A stretch of 64,000 nucleotides of DNA from Planctomycetota bacterium (lineage in GTDB: Bacteria; Planctomycetota; Phycisphaerae; Phycisphaerales; SM1A02). Shown here in pieces: positions 29,210 to 39,045 of the stretch; positions within the stretch are counted from its first letter, which is position 1, and every line of letters starts with the position of its first letter. The translations under genes were made by a program, and so were the position numbers. Below the pieces are notes generated by a model. That model had not been told where the DNA came from and searched no databases. It was given only the letters and a program-made list of their open reading frames with translations. Location: positions 8,715 through 72,714 of the forward strand of contig QWPT01000009.1 of NCBI GenBank assembly GCA_003671075.1. Direction: 5' to 3'.

Positions 29210-29410
29210 TCGCCACGCGCGTCAAGCGCGCTCAGGAACATCCAAGGCCTCAGTGGACCTTGGAATGCGCAGAACCCGTTCATGTTGGGAACATGCACGA
29301 AATCAGAGTCATTTGTCCTTTAAGTCGGCGATCTCGCCAACTTGAAGGACCCGTCAGGTCGCTGGTCTCGCCCAACCAGCAACGGAAGTCTCTTGAGGAG
29401 GATCTATTCG

Positions 29411-30589
29411 ATGCGCCAGTCTTCACCGCAATCGGGCCTTGCACTCGCCAATTCAAGCCGAGAGTCGCCACTCGCAAGAGCGCGAAAGGGTCGTGCACTT
29501 CAATCGCGAACGCGGTTGGTCCATCGTTTCGGCGCCACCGACTCCACCGAGAATTCCCGAGCCCGTCAAGGAGTTGAAACTCTGACCGGCCCCGAGGAGC
29601 GTCAACTCGGCAAGATCCTGTCGCAGCCGATGGATTACATCGACCATGCGGATTTTCACGCATCTAACGCCGCAGAAATGATTTACGGCGCAGCGGAAAT
29701 CAACCGACCCGACGTAACTTGGTATCGCCCGCTCATGGATGACTTCATCTCCGCCCGCGCGCGCGCCCCCCGTCCGCCCAAGTCGCAATCGACGGTACTG
29801 CTCACCGGCGCGCAGGAGCGCATCCTGTTCATGAAGTACAACTTTGCGCGATTCAGCATCTCGGAGATCCAAAAGCAGGTCGCATCGCGCACTCCCACGC
29901 TCGCGGAGGCGCGAGAAATGCTGCGTTGGTACGCGATCGCCAAGCAGTATCGCGAGCAACTGGCGGAGACCAATCTCGCGCTCGTCCTCGCGATGGCCAA
30001 GCGGGTTCGCCTTTCCGAAGTCGATTTCGCCGACCTCATTGGCGAGGGGAACATGGCACTCATGCGTTCGGTCGATAAGTTCGACTGCGGGCGTGGATTC
30101 AAGTTCTCGACCTACGCCTGCCGTGCAATCCTCAAGTCATTTAGCAGGCATGGAATCAAGGTCACGACGCAGAAGAAGCGCTTCGGCGCCGAGTTTGATC
30201 CGACCTTTGAGAAGTCCAACCACCTCGAGGTTGTCCGAGCCACCCACGAGCGCGAGTGTGCGGACGAGGTGAAGCACATCGTGGTCGCGAACAAGGCGGA
30301 GCTGTCCGACATCGAGATCAAGGTGATCATCCATCGCTTTGGGCTCGATGTATCGCTCGCAGCCGATCTCGCCGCGGGCGGGAGCACTCCCGCCATCTCC
30401 ACCGAGACTCTCACTTTGGAGCAGGTCGGCCAGGTCATCGGCGTCACCAAGGAACGCGTGCGCCAGATCCAAAACAAGGCGCTCGAGAAGATTCGCTCGG
30501 CGCTGAAGGCTGCCAATCCAACGGCCGCCGTTGAGATGGCCGCCGATCTAGCGGCCCGCGATGGCCGTGCTGACTTCGCGGCCAACTGA
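29411..30589 (+). CDS. sigma-70 family RNA polymerase sigma factor (RpoD/RpoS-like regions 2-4, no region 1.1)
   Basis: Region 2 is NLALVLAMAKR..DLIGEGNMALMRSVDKFDCGRGFKFSTYACRAILKSF. Region 4 is LTLEQVGQVIGVTKERVRQIQNKALEKIR. The ATG at 29411 is preceded by GAGGAG. The ORF-track start at 29342 is the alternative. Confidence 0.8.
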   Translation: MRQSSPQSGLALANSSRESPLARARKGRALQSRTRLVHRFGATDSTENSRARQGVETLTGPEERQLGKILSQPMDYIDHADFHASNAAEMIYGAAEINRPDVTWYRPLMDDFISARARAPRPPKSQSTVLLTGAQERILFMKYNFARFSISEIQKQVASRTPTLAEAREMLRWYAIAKQYREQLAETNLALVLAMAKRVRLSEVDFADLIGEGNMALMRSVDKFDCGRGFKFSTYACRAILKSFSRHGIKVTTQKKRFGAEFDPTFEKSNHLEVVRATHERECADEVKHIVVANKAELSDIEIKVIIHRFGLDVSLAADLAAGGSTPAISTETLTLEQVGQVIGVTKERVRQIQNKALEKIRSALKAANPTAAVEMAADLAARDGRADFAAN

Positions 30590-30725
30590 GCCCGCGAAGC
30601 CTCTCGGTCCATTGCATTTGAAAGCCCACGGGGCGCGTTTCCGATCCATGGAAACGCGCCCCGCTGCATTTGAGCCAGTCCAAGTTTCCTTCGATGGCAG
30701 CACCGCCCGCTACACTCTCGCCCCC

Positions 30726-31427
30726 ATGCCAAGCAAGGTCTACGACTCGCCCGCCGCCGCCCTTCACGCAATCACCCGCGACGGAATCACCATCGCCGTA
30801 GGAGGTTTCGGGCTGTGCGGAATCCCCGAACAACTGATCCTTGCCCTGCGTGACTCCGGCGCCAAGGGACTCACCGCCATCAGCAACAACGCGGGCGTCG
30901 ACGATTGGGGCCTCGGGCTGCTCCTCAAGACTCGGCAGATCCGCAAGATGATCTCGAGTTACGTCGGAGAGAACGCCGAGTTTGAGCGGCAGTTCATGGC
31001 ACAGGAGCTTGAACTCGAGTTCAACCCACAAGGAACACTCGCCGAACGAATGCGCGCTGGCGGTGCAGGAATCGCTGGGTTCTACACCAAGACGGGCGTC
31101 GGGACCGTGGTCGCCGATGGCAAGGAAACCAAGGAATTCGACGGCGAAACCTATGTGCTCGAACGCGGGATTCGCGCAGACCTGTCCCTGGTCAAGGCCT
31201 GGAAGGCCGACGCCACTGGAAACTTGGTCTACCGCAAGACCGCTCGGAACTTCAATCCGATGGTGGCCATGTGCGGCAAGATCTGCGTGGCTGAGGTCGA
31301 GGAGATCGTGCCGATTGGTTCGATCGATCCCGATCAGATCCACACTCCCGGAATCTTCGTGGACCGCATCGTCCAGACCGTGTCCGAGAAGCGCATCGAG
31401 CAACGAACGGTGCGCGCCCGGAACTGA
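30726..31427 (+). CDS. 3-oxoacid/acetate CoA-transferase subunit A
   Basis: ITIAVGGFGLCGIPEQLI, SNNAGVDDWGLGLLL, EFNPQGTLAERMRAGGAGIAGFYT and ADLSLVKAWKADATGNLVY are ScoA/AtoD signatures. No B subunit follows. Confidence 0.85.
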   Translation: MPSKVYDSPAAALHAITRDGITIAVGGFGLCGIPEQLILALRDSGAKGLTAISNNAGVDDWGLGLLLKTRQIRKMISSYVGENAEFERQFMAQELELEFNPQGTLAERMRAGGAGIAGFYTKTGVGTVVADGKETKEFDGETYVLERGIRADLSLVKAWKADATGNLVYRKTARNFNPMVAMCGKICVAEVEEIVPIGSIDPDQIHTPGIFVDRIVQTVSEKRIEQRTVRARN

Positions 31428-31880
31428 GTTGGCCGCGTTGGACTAGGTTGAGTCGGTTGGCGCTGCGCGTTATGAGCCAAATCGTTGGAGCCGGCTTGAT
31501 ATTGCCAGCGTTCAACGTCTGTTGCCCAGAGGTTGTGTAGCCGCCACGAAGATCGGCCGATCAACTCGATGCTCAGTGCGCCCGGTAGATCACGGGGTAA
31601 GCGCAGTGATCGCGCGTTGACGGCATCGGCTGAACCCACCATGACTTCCAAGACCCGCCGAACACAACTCTGCTCGCGATCTACGCGCGACCGACCCGCG
31701 CGATCCATCCGCGAATCGTGCATCACATTCGCTTCGACTTCGTTGGCCAACGCTCCGAATGGGCAACGAAGGGCACGCGATGTGGAACAATGGGCGCCCC
31801 TCGTGGTGGCGCCACTGCTGACTAGGGGAACCGACCGTATCGCTTCAGAACGCGCCGCTAGCAACTGAATCGTCAAGGAG

Positions 31881-33311
31881 ATGACTTTGATCCGTCTTAC
31901 CGCCATGCACAAGAACCGAACCATGACCAGAACCACCATCGGCTCCGCGATTCGTAACCAGCTCGCCTCCTTCGTGCTTGCCACGAGCCTCGCGTTGGCG
32001 ATCGCTCCCACGACATTCGCGCAGGGCGCGCGCGGCGGCATGGCCTCCATGTTCACGCCCGACTTTCTTCCCCGCGACCTACCGGTCTTCGTCGACTCGC
32101 TCGGCCTCGAGGAGTGGCAGCGCCCCATTCTTGAGGCGCTGCTCGAAGACTACGGAACCAACTTCGCCACTGCCGCCGACGGCGTTCGCGCCAGCATGGG
32201 CCAGTTGAAGGATGTTGCCGCTGGAACGAACCCCGACAAGATCGTCGATCTCATCTCGCGCCCGCTGATCGCCTGGGGCGATGAGAAAAAGGCGCTGCGC
32301 AACGACTTCCTTGCCAGCGTGAAGAGCCAGCTCAGCGATGTTCAAGCCGAGTCTTGGACTCGCCTTGAGCGCGCGCTTCGCCGAGAGAAGGCGCTTCCCA
32401 ACGGCGAACTCTCTGGCGAGTCGCTCAATCTCGTGATGATCGCTCGCGAAGTTGAGGCACCGCCGATCATTGCTGACGCTGCCCGCCCGGCGCTCGAGGA
32501 GTACGAGATCAAGCTCGACGAGGCGCTCGCCGCCCGTGAAACCGAGCTCGAAGGTGCCATCTCGTCGCTGCTCAGCGCAATGGGCCCCAACGACACTGGC
32601 AAGCTGCTCGCGATCAACGAACGCGCCATGCAGAAGCGCGTCGCCGTGCGCGCCGTACAAGACGCCTCGCTCGTGGCCATCCGCGAAGCTCTGGGCTCCG
32701 AGTACGGACCCAGTTTCGAGAAGCGTGCGCTCCGCCGCGCGTTCCCGCAGGTCTACGGACCCAACCCAATCAATCCACTATTCGAAGCTGCCACCGCGCT
32801 GCCCGATCTGACCGACGAGCAGAAAGGAAAGTTGACCGCACTGCGCGCCACCTTCCAATCCGAGCACGGCGTGATTCAGGCCCGCTACGCCGCCGCAATT
32901 CGAACCTCGGAGCCCGGCGAGCCCCGCCGCCGCGCCGATGCCCTTGCGAAGAAGGTTGCTGGCGGTACGACGAAGTACTCCGAATCCCCTGAGATTGACA
33001 CGATCAAGTCGGAGCGCCAAGAGCTGTACGCACGGTTCCGCGCCGCCATCGCCGACATTCTGAACGATGCGCAGAAGGAAACAATTCCTGGCTTCGGCAA
33101 GCCTGGAGCCGAGCTCCCCGCAGGGCAGAAGTATGGCGATGCAGTGCATCTGGGAACTGGCGGCGGCGGCAAGCCGTCACCCAACTCTGGTCAAATCGAT
33201 GAGGCCGCCGACCCGAACAAGCGTCCGAAGTCGGACAACCCCACCACGATGGAACAGACCAAGACTGGTGGAGCGACCAAGGAGCCCAAGCCATCCAAGG
33301 CGGTCGACTAA
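31881..33311 (+). CDS. secreted helical protein with LTXXQ-like (Spy/CpxP-type) motifs
   Basis: Signal peptide (LATSLALAIAPTTFAQG). Repeated L[TSN]D[EVA]Q motifs (LSDVQAESW, LTDEQKGKL, LNDAQKETI) sit in predicted helical sequence. This is a weak family call and the start is uncertain. Confidence 0.55.
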   Translation: MTLIRLTAMHKNRTMTRTTIGSAIRNQLASFVLATSLALAIAPTTFAQGARGGMASMFTPDFLPRDLPVFVDSLGLEEWQRPILEALLEDYGTNFATAADGVRASMGQLKDVAAGTNPDKIVDLISRPLIAWGDEKKALRNDFLASVKSQLSDVQAESWTRLERALRREKALPNGELSGESLNLVMIAREVEAPPIIADAARPALEEYEIKLDEALAARETELEGAISSLLSAMGPNDTGKLLAINERAMQKRVAVRAVQDASLVAIREALGSEYGPSFEKRALRRAFPQVYGPNPINPLFEAATALPDLTDEQKGKLTALRATFQSEHGVIQARYAAAIRTSEPGEPRRRADALAKKVAGGTTKYSESPEIDTIKSERQELYARFRAAIADILNDAQKETIPGFGKPGAELPAGQKYGDAVHLGTGGGGKPSPNSGQIDEAADPNKRPKSDNPTTMEQTKTGGATKEPKPSKAVD

Positions 33312-33371
33312 CGCGCTACGGACGCCAGCGAACTTCAGACTGACGAATCACCCGAGAGAACAGGAACCCGC

Positions 33372-35117
33372 GTGCAGATTGGAATCAACGGCGTCAACGC
33401 AACCGCAACCGTCACCGAAATCTCGGCGCCGGTGAAGGATCCACGCGCGGCATCTACGCCGCTTTCGCAGGATGCGGGCGTGCGCGAGCGATGCGCGTTG
33501 CTCGGGATCGACTGGTTTGACAAGGCTCCGACCTCGGATCCTGCCGCAGCGGAACTGCTCCCGCCTGAGATCGCGGTACGACTGGGTGCAGTACCGGTTT
33601 CCTTCGATGGAAACAAGCTTCTCGTTGCAATGCTGGATCCGCTCGATACCGCGGCCGTCGATGAAATCGGCACCGTGACTTCGCGCACCATCCGCCGCAT
33701 CGGCCTTGAGTCGCCCGCGTTTCGCGAACTCATGCGTGATCGCTACGGCACCACCGCCGCACGCATGGCCGAGACGCTCGCGTCCGACGGAGGCCTCGCC
33801 GCCTCCCCCGACAACGAGCACAACCTCGACGCCATTGAGGCCGACGATGTCCACCGGATGGCGGAGCAGCCGACCCTCATCAACCTGGTTAACCTCATTC
33901 TTCTTGAGGCGATTCAGGGCCGAACCAGCGATGTGCACATCGAGCCGTTTGAGACCGAGCTGCGCGTCAAGTATCGCATCGACGGAGTGCTGGTATCGCA
34001 GCCGCAACCGCCCAAGCACTTGCAGGCGGCGCTCATCGGCCGCATCAAGATCATGGCGGGAATGAACATCGCCGAGCGCTATGTTCCGCAGGACGGCCAC
34101 ATCACGCTGCGCTTCGAGGGCCGCAAAGTTGACATCCGCGTTTCGACGGTGCCGACGCTGTACGGCGAGTCGGTGGTCATGCGTATTCTCGACAAGAGTT
34201 CGCTGCCGCTGGATCTGAAGAGCCTCGGCATGAGCGAGCCGCATCGAGCGATCGTGGACCGCATGATCGAGAAGCCGCACGGACTGGTGCTCGTCACTGG
34301 CCCAACCGGTTCGGGCAAGACAACCACGCTCTACGCGGCGCTTTCCAAGCTCTACGACCCGCGCAAGAAGATCATTACCATCGAGGATCCCGTCGAGTAC
34401 GAACTCAACGGAATCAACCAGATCCCAGTGAACGCCAAGCGCGGATTGAGTTTCGCGACTGGTCTTCGCGCGATCCTGCGTCAGGACCCCGACATCGTTT
34501 TCGTCGGCGAGGTCCGCGATACCGAAACCGTCGACATCGCGATCCGCTCGGCACTCACTGGCCACCTCATCTTCTCAACGCTACACACCAACGATGCGAT
34601 TTCGTCGGTTGGCCGACTCGTGGACATGGGAGCGGAGCCGTATCTCGCGGCGAGCGTGCTCGAAGGTCTGATCGCCCAGCGCCTGGGTCGTCGATTGTGC
34701 GAAGCGTGCAAGTCGCGCCGCCCGATTGGCGAGGACACGCAACATCGTCTGAGCGCCGAAGAGCGCACGCGCCTTGGCGGGACGCAGATGTTCGGCCGTG
34801 GCTGCGAACGATGCAACAACAGCGGCTTCCGCGGCCGACTTGGATTCTTCGAGATCGTGCGCATCACCTCGTCGCTGCGCGCCGCGATCGCGCAGAACCG
34901 ACCGGTGCATGAGTTGAAGTCGTTGCTCGATCCTGATTTCATCACCATGCGTGAGGACGGCATCCGCAAGGTCGCCGAAGGAATCACCACCGTCGAGGAA
35001 GTGCTCCGCGCCACGCAGGATGTCGAAGACTTCTCCAGCGAGCTCAAGGCCCGCGAGCGAGCGAGCGAAAGAGCGAACGAGAAGTCGAGCGAGAACTCCA
35101 ACGAGAAGAAGGGCTGA
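33372..35117 (+). CDS. gspE: type II secretion / type IV pilus assembly ATPase (GspE/PilB family)
   Basis: T2SSE_N-like domain (AVPVSFDGNKLLVAMLDPLD), Walker A VTGPTGSGKTTTLY, Asp/His boxes and a tetracysteine motif (CEAC...CERC). GTG start after AGGAA. Confidence 0.9.
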   Translation: MQIGINGVNATATVTEISAPVKDPRAASTPLSQDAGVRERCALLGIDWFDKAPTSDPAAAELLPPEIAVRLGAVPVSFDGNKLLVAMLDPLDTAAVDEIGTVTSRTIRRIGLESPAFRELMRDRYGTTAARMAETLASDGGLAASPDNEHNLDAIEADDVHRMAEQPTLINLVNLILLEAIQGRTSDVHIEPFETELRVKYRIDGVLVSQPQPPKHLQAALIGRIKIMAGMNIAERYVPQDGHITLRFEGRKVDIRVSTVPTLYGESVVMRILDKSSLPLDLKSLGMSEPHRAIVDRMIEKPHGLVLVTGPTGSGKTTTLYAALSKLYDPRKKIITIEDPVEYELNGINQIPVNAKRGLSFATGLRAILRQDPDIVFVGEVRDTETVDIAIRSALTGHLIFSTLHTNDAISSVGRLVDMGAEPYLAASVLEGLIAQRLGRRLCEACKSRRPIGEDTQHRLSAEERTRLGGTQMFGRGCERCNNSGFRGRLGFFEIVRITSSLRAAIAQNRPVHELKSLLDPDFITMREDGIRKVAEGITTVEEVLRATQDVEDFSSELKARERASERANEKSSENSNEKKG

Positions 35118-35126
35118 TTCGCGTCG

Positions 35127-36338
35127 ATGCCGTCCTTCCGCTACCAAGCTCTCGCGTCTGATGGTGCCATGCAGAATGGCACGATTGTCGCGACCGATCG
35201 CGCGACGGCAATGCGCTTGATCCAGCAGAAAGGCGAAACGCCACTCGATCTGGCGATAAGCGATACCGACGCCGTCGGCGGCATCACCAAGGCGCGTCCG
35301 ACCATCTCACGGTCTGATCTGGCTGATCTCGTGCGCGAACTCGCGACGGCGCTCGAGGCGGGACTTCCGCTGATGCAGGCGCTGCGCACGGTTCGTCGGC
35401 AGGCCTCCAACAAAAATCTCCGCGTGATCCTCGATTTCATCATCGCGCGCGTGGAGGCCGGCGTTCCCTTCCACACCGCGGCGAAGGAGTACGGAGCACC
35501 GTTCGATGACATGACGACGGGCATGCTGCGCGCGGCCGATGCTTCAGGTCGCACCTCGGAAATCCTCCATCAACTCGGCGACTTGCTCGAGCGCTCGGTG
35601 GAGTTGCGGCGCGAAGTTGTCGGCGCGGTTGTCTATCCGCTCATGATCGGGGTGCTCATCAGCGTCAGTGTCGTGGTGCTGATCACATTCGTGCTTCCGC
35701 GCGTGATGAAGCCGATCCTCCAAGCGAACCTCGAACTGCCGATGCCAACGCAGATTCTCATGGGTGTCTCTGATTTCGTCAGCGCGTGGTGGCTGGTGAT
35801 CCTCGCGGCGATGCTGCTGGTGGGTGTCGCCTGTCGCAATTGGATCGCCAAGCCGCTCAACCGTCTGCGCTTCGACACCTTTCTGCTCGGGCTTCCCGTG
35901 GTGGGAAGACTTGTCCGCGACATCGCCGTCGCGCGCTTCACCCGAACCCTCGGAACACTCGTCTCCGCGGGCATCCCGATCTTGAGTGCGCTGCGCATCG
36001 TGCGCGACACGCTGGGAAACCAAGCGCTCATGCAGGCGATCGACCAAGTCTCCGACAAGGTCTCCACTGGTACCTCGCTTGCCGATCCGCTTGAGCGCTC
36101 GGGACATTTCCCCCCGCTGCTCGTGCAGATCGTCAACATCGGCGAACGCTCCGGACGCCTCGAGCAGATGCTCCTTCACGCTGCTGGCTCGTTCGACCGC
36201 CAGGTCAACAACTCGCTCAAACTCTTCACGCGCATCCTGCCCACGATCTTGTTGGTGGTGATGGCGCTGGTCGCGAGCTTCGTGCTTGCGGCGATCTTGC
36301 TTCCAATCATCGAACTTCAGAAGGCGGCGGGAGCGTAA
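35127..36338 (+). CDS. gspF: type II secretion inner-membrane platform protein (GspF/PilC family)
   Basis: 403 aa with two T2SSF repeats and three TM segments (LATALEAGLPLMQAL..., LGTLVSAGIPILSAL...). Confidence 0.9.
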   Translation: MPSFRYQALASDGAMQNGTIVATDRATAMRLIQQKGETPLDLAISDTDAVGGITKARPTISRSDLADLVRELATALEAGLPLMQALRTVRRQASNKNLRVILDFIIARVEAGVPFHTAAKEYGAPFDDMTTGMLRAADASGRTSEILHQLGDLLERSVELRREVVGAVVYPLMIGVLISVSVVVLITFVLPRVMKPILQANLELPMPTQILMGVSDFVSAWWLVILAAMLLVGVACRNWIAKPLNRLRFDTFLLGLPVVGRLVRDIAVARFTRTLGTLVSAGIPILSALRIVRDTLGNQALMQAIDQVSDKVSTGTSLADPLERSGHFPPLLVQIVNIGERSGRLEQMLLHAAGSFDRQVNNSLKLFTRILPTILLVVMALVASFVLAAILLPIIELQKAAGA

Positions 36339-36403
36339 GGACGCGCATTCCATCGCCAGATTTCTAACGGGCCGCCACTCGGGCCACGACCAAGGAGAGA
36401 AAC

Positions 36404-36838
36404 ATGCACTCCAACAACACCCGCCGCTCACTCCGCCGCATTCATCGCGGATTCAGCCTTATCGAAGTCATTGTCGCAGTGACCATCATTGCGATCTTTG
36501 CCGGTCTTATTGCGCCGCAGTTGCTCAAGCGACTCTCGGGCGCGAAGCAGGATCAGGCGCGCACCGAAGCGAGCGCGATCGCCGCGCAGGTCAAGATCTA
36601 CCTGACCAACCGTCGTGAGAGCAATATCGGCTCCGACTTCGAGTTGAGCAATCTTGTTCCTGAGTACCTCGAGTCCCAGGACGACTTGCTTGATCCGTGG
36701 GGAAACAAGTACCTGCTGCTCGAGGGAACCAATGGTCGTGATTTCGACATCGTGAGCTACGGCAAGGACGGCACTCAAGGTGGCGAAGGCGAGAACGCTG
36801 ACATCACCCACGGTAAGGCCCCGAAGAAGACCGAGTAA
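36404..36838 (+). CDS. gspG: major pseudopilin GspG
   Basis: Leader ...IHRG|FSLIEVIVAVTIIAIFAGLIAP with Glu+5. GspG body motifs are DPWGNKYLL and DIVSYGKDGTQGGEGENADI. Confidence 0.9.
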   Translation: MHSNNTRRSLRRIHRGFSLIEVIVAVTIIAIFAGLIAPQLLKRLSGAKQDQARTEASAIAAQVKIYLTNRRESNIGSDFELSNLVPEYLESQDDLLDPWGNKYLLLEGTNGRDFDIVSYGKDGTQGGEGENADITHGKAPKKTE

Positions 36839-36846
36839 CGACGCGC

Positions 36847-37443
36847 GTGACTGCACCAACGAACCATCATGCCACACGAACGCCGCGCCTTTCCAGGCGC
36901 GGCTTCTCGCTGCTTGAGGTGATCATCGTCTGCATCATGATGGTGATCATTGGAGCGCTGGCGATGCCGCGGTTCCTGGCCGTCGAACGCCAGCGCGAGG
37001 AGAAGTCGATCGTCGAAGTCGAGGACCTGTTGCGCATGTTCGCCTTCCGTAACGCGGTGGGAACGCAGCAGATCGGCTTGCACTTCGACCAGTCGACCCG
37101 CGAAATGTCGCTGTGGATACTCGACCTGAATCCGAAGGATCCTGAGGGAAATCGGGTCTGGCAACAGGACAGACTGAGTTCGTCGGTCGAGCTTCCCGAG
37201 CACATGGTGGTGAACGGCGTCATGAGCGACGACATCGAGATCCACGAGGAAGTATGGACGATCACTTCGAATCCCGACGGCAGCCGACCGCGCATCGGCA
37301 TTTCGTTGAGTGGAAGCGAAACCTCGGGCACGCTGATGCTCGAGAACTACTCGAGCGTTCCTGCGCGCATCGACCTCGAAGGCACTGTGGTTCGCCGCGA
37401 AATCGATCTCGACGGCGAAGGCCGCGGATCGGATCGCTGGTGA
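36847..37443 (+). CDS. minor pseudopilin (GspH-like)
   Basis: Prepilin-type leader SRRG|FSLLEVIIVCIMMVIIGALAMPRF. Its position after gspG supports the call. GTG start. Confidence 0.7.
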   Translation: MTAPTNHHATRTPRLSRRGFSLLEVIIVCIMMVIIGALAMPRFLAVERQREEKSIVEVEDLLRMFAFRNAVGTQQIGLHFDQSTREMSLWILDLNPKDPEGNRVWQQDRLSSSVELPEHMVVNGVMSDDIEIHEEVWTITSNPDGSRPRIGISLSGSETSGTLMLENYSSVPARIDLEGTVVRREIDLDGEGRGSDRW

Positions 37444-37979
37444 TGCACGAACAAATCATGAACCACCCCGCCGCTCCACTCTCGCGCCGCCGCCCGTCGA
37501 CCCATCGTCGACGCGGCTTTGCATTGATGGACGCGGTGATCGCCGGCGTTCTGCTTTCGATCGGCATGATCACCGTGCTCTCCGTCGGCGGTCAGGCTAT
37601 GGCGATGCAGCGACGCGGTGAAATCGATGTCCGCGCCGCGAGCGCGCTCGACGACCTGCTCTCCGGCGTTCTCATCGAGGGGCCGAAGGACTACGAAAAA
37701 CTCCATCCTCTCAACGGTCGGTTCGACAGCGGATCGCCCTTTGAGGACTTCGAATACTTCCTTGAGATCGAACAAGGCGGCTCGGGCGTGCCCGCGCGCA
37801 TTGTTGCGCGCGTCATCCATGAGGGTGGTCGCGAATACTCGATCGAAACAAGTATCGCGGAGAAGCGTGGCGACGAGACTGATCCCATCCGCATCCCGGC
37901 GGAACCAATAGACCGTGAGGCTCGATATGTACAGAAGCAGCAAGCACGCGACGGCCAGTCGGCAACTCCAACTCCGTGA
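37443..37979 (+). CDS. minor pseudopilin (GspI-like)
   Basis: Leader HRRRG|FALMDAVIAGVLLSIGMITVL (Asp instead of Glu at +5). The ATG overlaps the upstream stop (TGATG). Confidence 0.6.
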   Translation: MHEQIMNHPAAPLSRRRPSTHRRRGFALMDAVIAGVLLSIGMITVLSVGGQAMAMQRRGEIDVRAASALDDLLSGVLIEGPKDYEKLHPLNGRFDSGSPFEDFEYFLEIEQGGSGVPARIVARVIHEGGREYSIETSIAEKRGDETDPIRIPAEPIDREARYVQKQQARDGQSATPTP

Positions 37980-39045
37980 TGGCGATCTTGGGCGAGGCGT
38001 CCAACGGCGCGCGTTCACCATCGTCGAACTCGTGGTGGCGATCGCCGTCAGCGCGATCGTCATCGTGACCGTCTCCTCGGTGCTGTCCCGCATTTCGCGC
38101 ACCCGCGATGTCGCGCGCACGCGCCTTGAGGCCGTCACCCGCGCCAACGCCGCGCTTGATGCGGTTCGCCGCGATCTCGTTTCCGTCGTGCGCGACAGCG
38201 ACCTCTTCTACAGCCGCGTGCTGATCTTCGACGGAACCACCTATACGCCATACGGGCAGATGGGCCGTGACGAGGTGCTCGTGTTCAACAATCGGTTGCG
38301 CCCGATGCGCCGAGATGCCTACACGAGCGAGGGCGGCGAGTATGAATCGCAGTACCGCATCGAGGATGACCGAGACGGCAGCGTGCTTTGGCTTCGTCGC
38401 GATGCGGTGCCTGACGAGAATTCCGAGGGCGGCGGTCGGGCGATCCCGTCGGTGGAAGGCGTTGTCGGCATCGAAGTCGAGGCATATGACGGCGAAGCGT
38501 GGTACCCCGACTGGGATTCCGATGTGTTCGGTCTCCCTTGGGCGCTGCGCGTCACCATCACCGCGACGGGCGAATCAGCCGACAACCCATCGTCTGAGCC
38601 ACTGCGCTCCTTGATCACGCTCCGCACCCAGATTCCGATCGACCGCATCATTCCGCCGCCGCCGCCGCCAGAGGAAGAAGATCCCGCGGCGAATCCTGAC
38701 GGCTTGAATGCGGATCCTTCTGGTGATCCCAACGCCGACGCTCTCGGCGCAGGTGGCCCTTCTTCTGGAGCGGGTCCTGGCGGTCCGGGCGGTGACGCTG
38801 TTGGCGCCGATGGACAGGGCGGTGGTCGTGGTCAGGGCGGTGGTCGTGGTCAGGGCGGTGGTCAGGGCGGTCGCCCCAACGGCGGCGGCACTGGACTGGG
38901 AACCGACCGTGGACCTGGTGGCGGATTGCAGACCGGTGGCCGGCCCGCGCCGGGAAATCGGCCTTCGCGCGGAGCCGGACAGGGCAACTCCGTGGGCGCT
39001 ATCAACGGCCGTGGTGGCTTCTCCACTAGTTCGAGAGGTCGCTGA
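37927..39045 (+). CDS. minor pseudopilin (GspJ-like) with a Gly/Arg/Gln-rich C-terminal tail
   Basis: Leader QRRA|FTIVELVVAIAVSAIVIVTV followed by a GspJ-like body. The last ~130 aa are PPPPPPEEED...GGGRGQGGGRGQGGGQGG.... The start (37915 GTG or 37927 ATG) overlaps the previous gene by more than 50 nt. Confidence 0.7.
   Translation: MYRSSKHATASRQLQLRDGDLGRGVQRRAFTIVELVVAIAVSAIVIVTVSSVLSRISRTRDVARTRLEAVTRANAALDAVRRDLVSVVRDSDLFYSRVLIFDGTTYTPYGQMGRDEVLVFNNRLRPMRRDAYTSEGGEYESQYRIEDDRDGSVLWLRRDAVPDENSEGGGRAIPSVEGVVGIEVEAYDGEAWYPDWDSDVFGLPWALRVTITATGESADNPSSEPLRSLITLRTQIPIDRIIPPPPPPEEEDPAANPDGLNADPSGDPNADALGAGGPSSGAGPGGPGGDAVGADGQGGGRGQGGGRGQGGGQGGRPNGGGTGLGTDRGPGGGLQTGGRPAPGNRPSRGAGQGNSVGAINGRGGFSTSSRGR

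Noticed and set aside
31334-32128. 264-aa minus-strand ORF covering the gap after the CoA-transferase gene
   Set aside because: It overlaps both flanking genes that have clear products. No motif is recognisable and composition changes along its length. Only the 31430-31880 part is flagged, as an unexplained gap.
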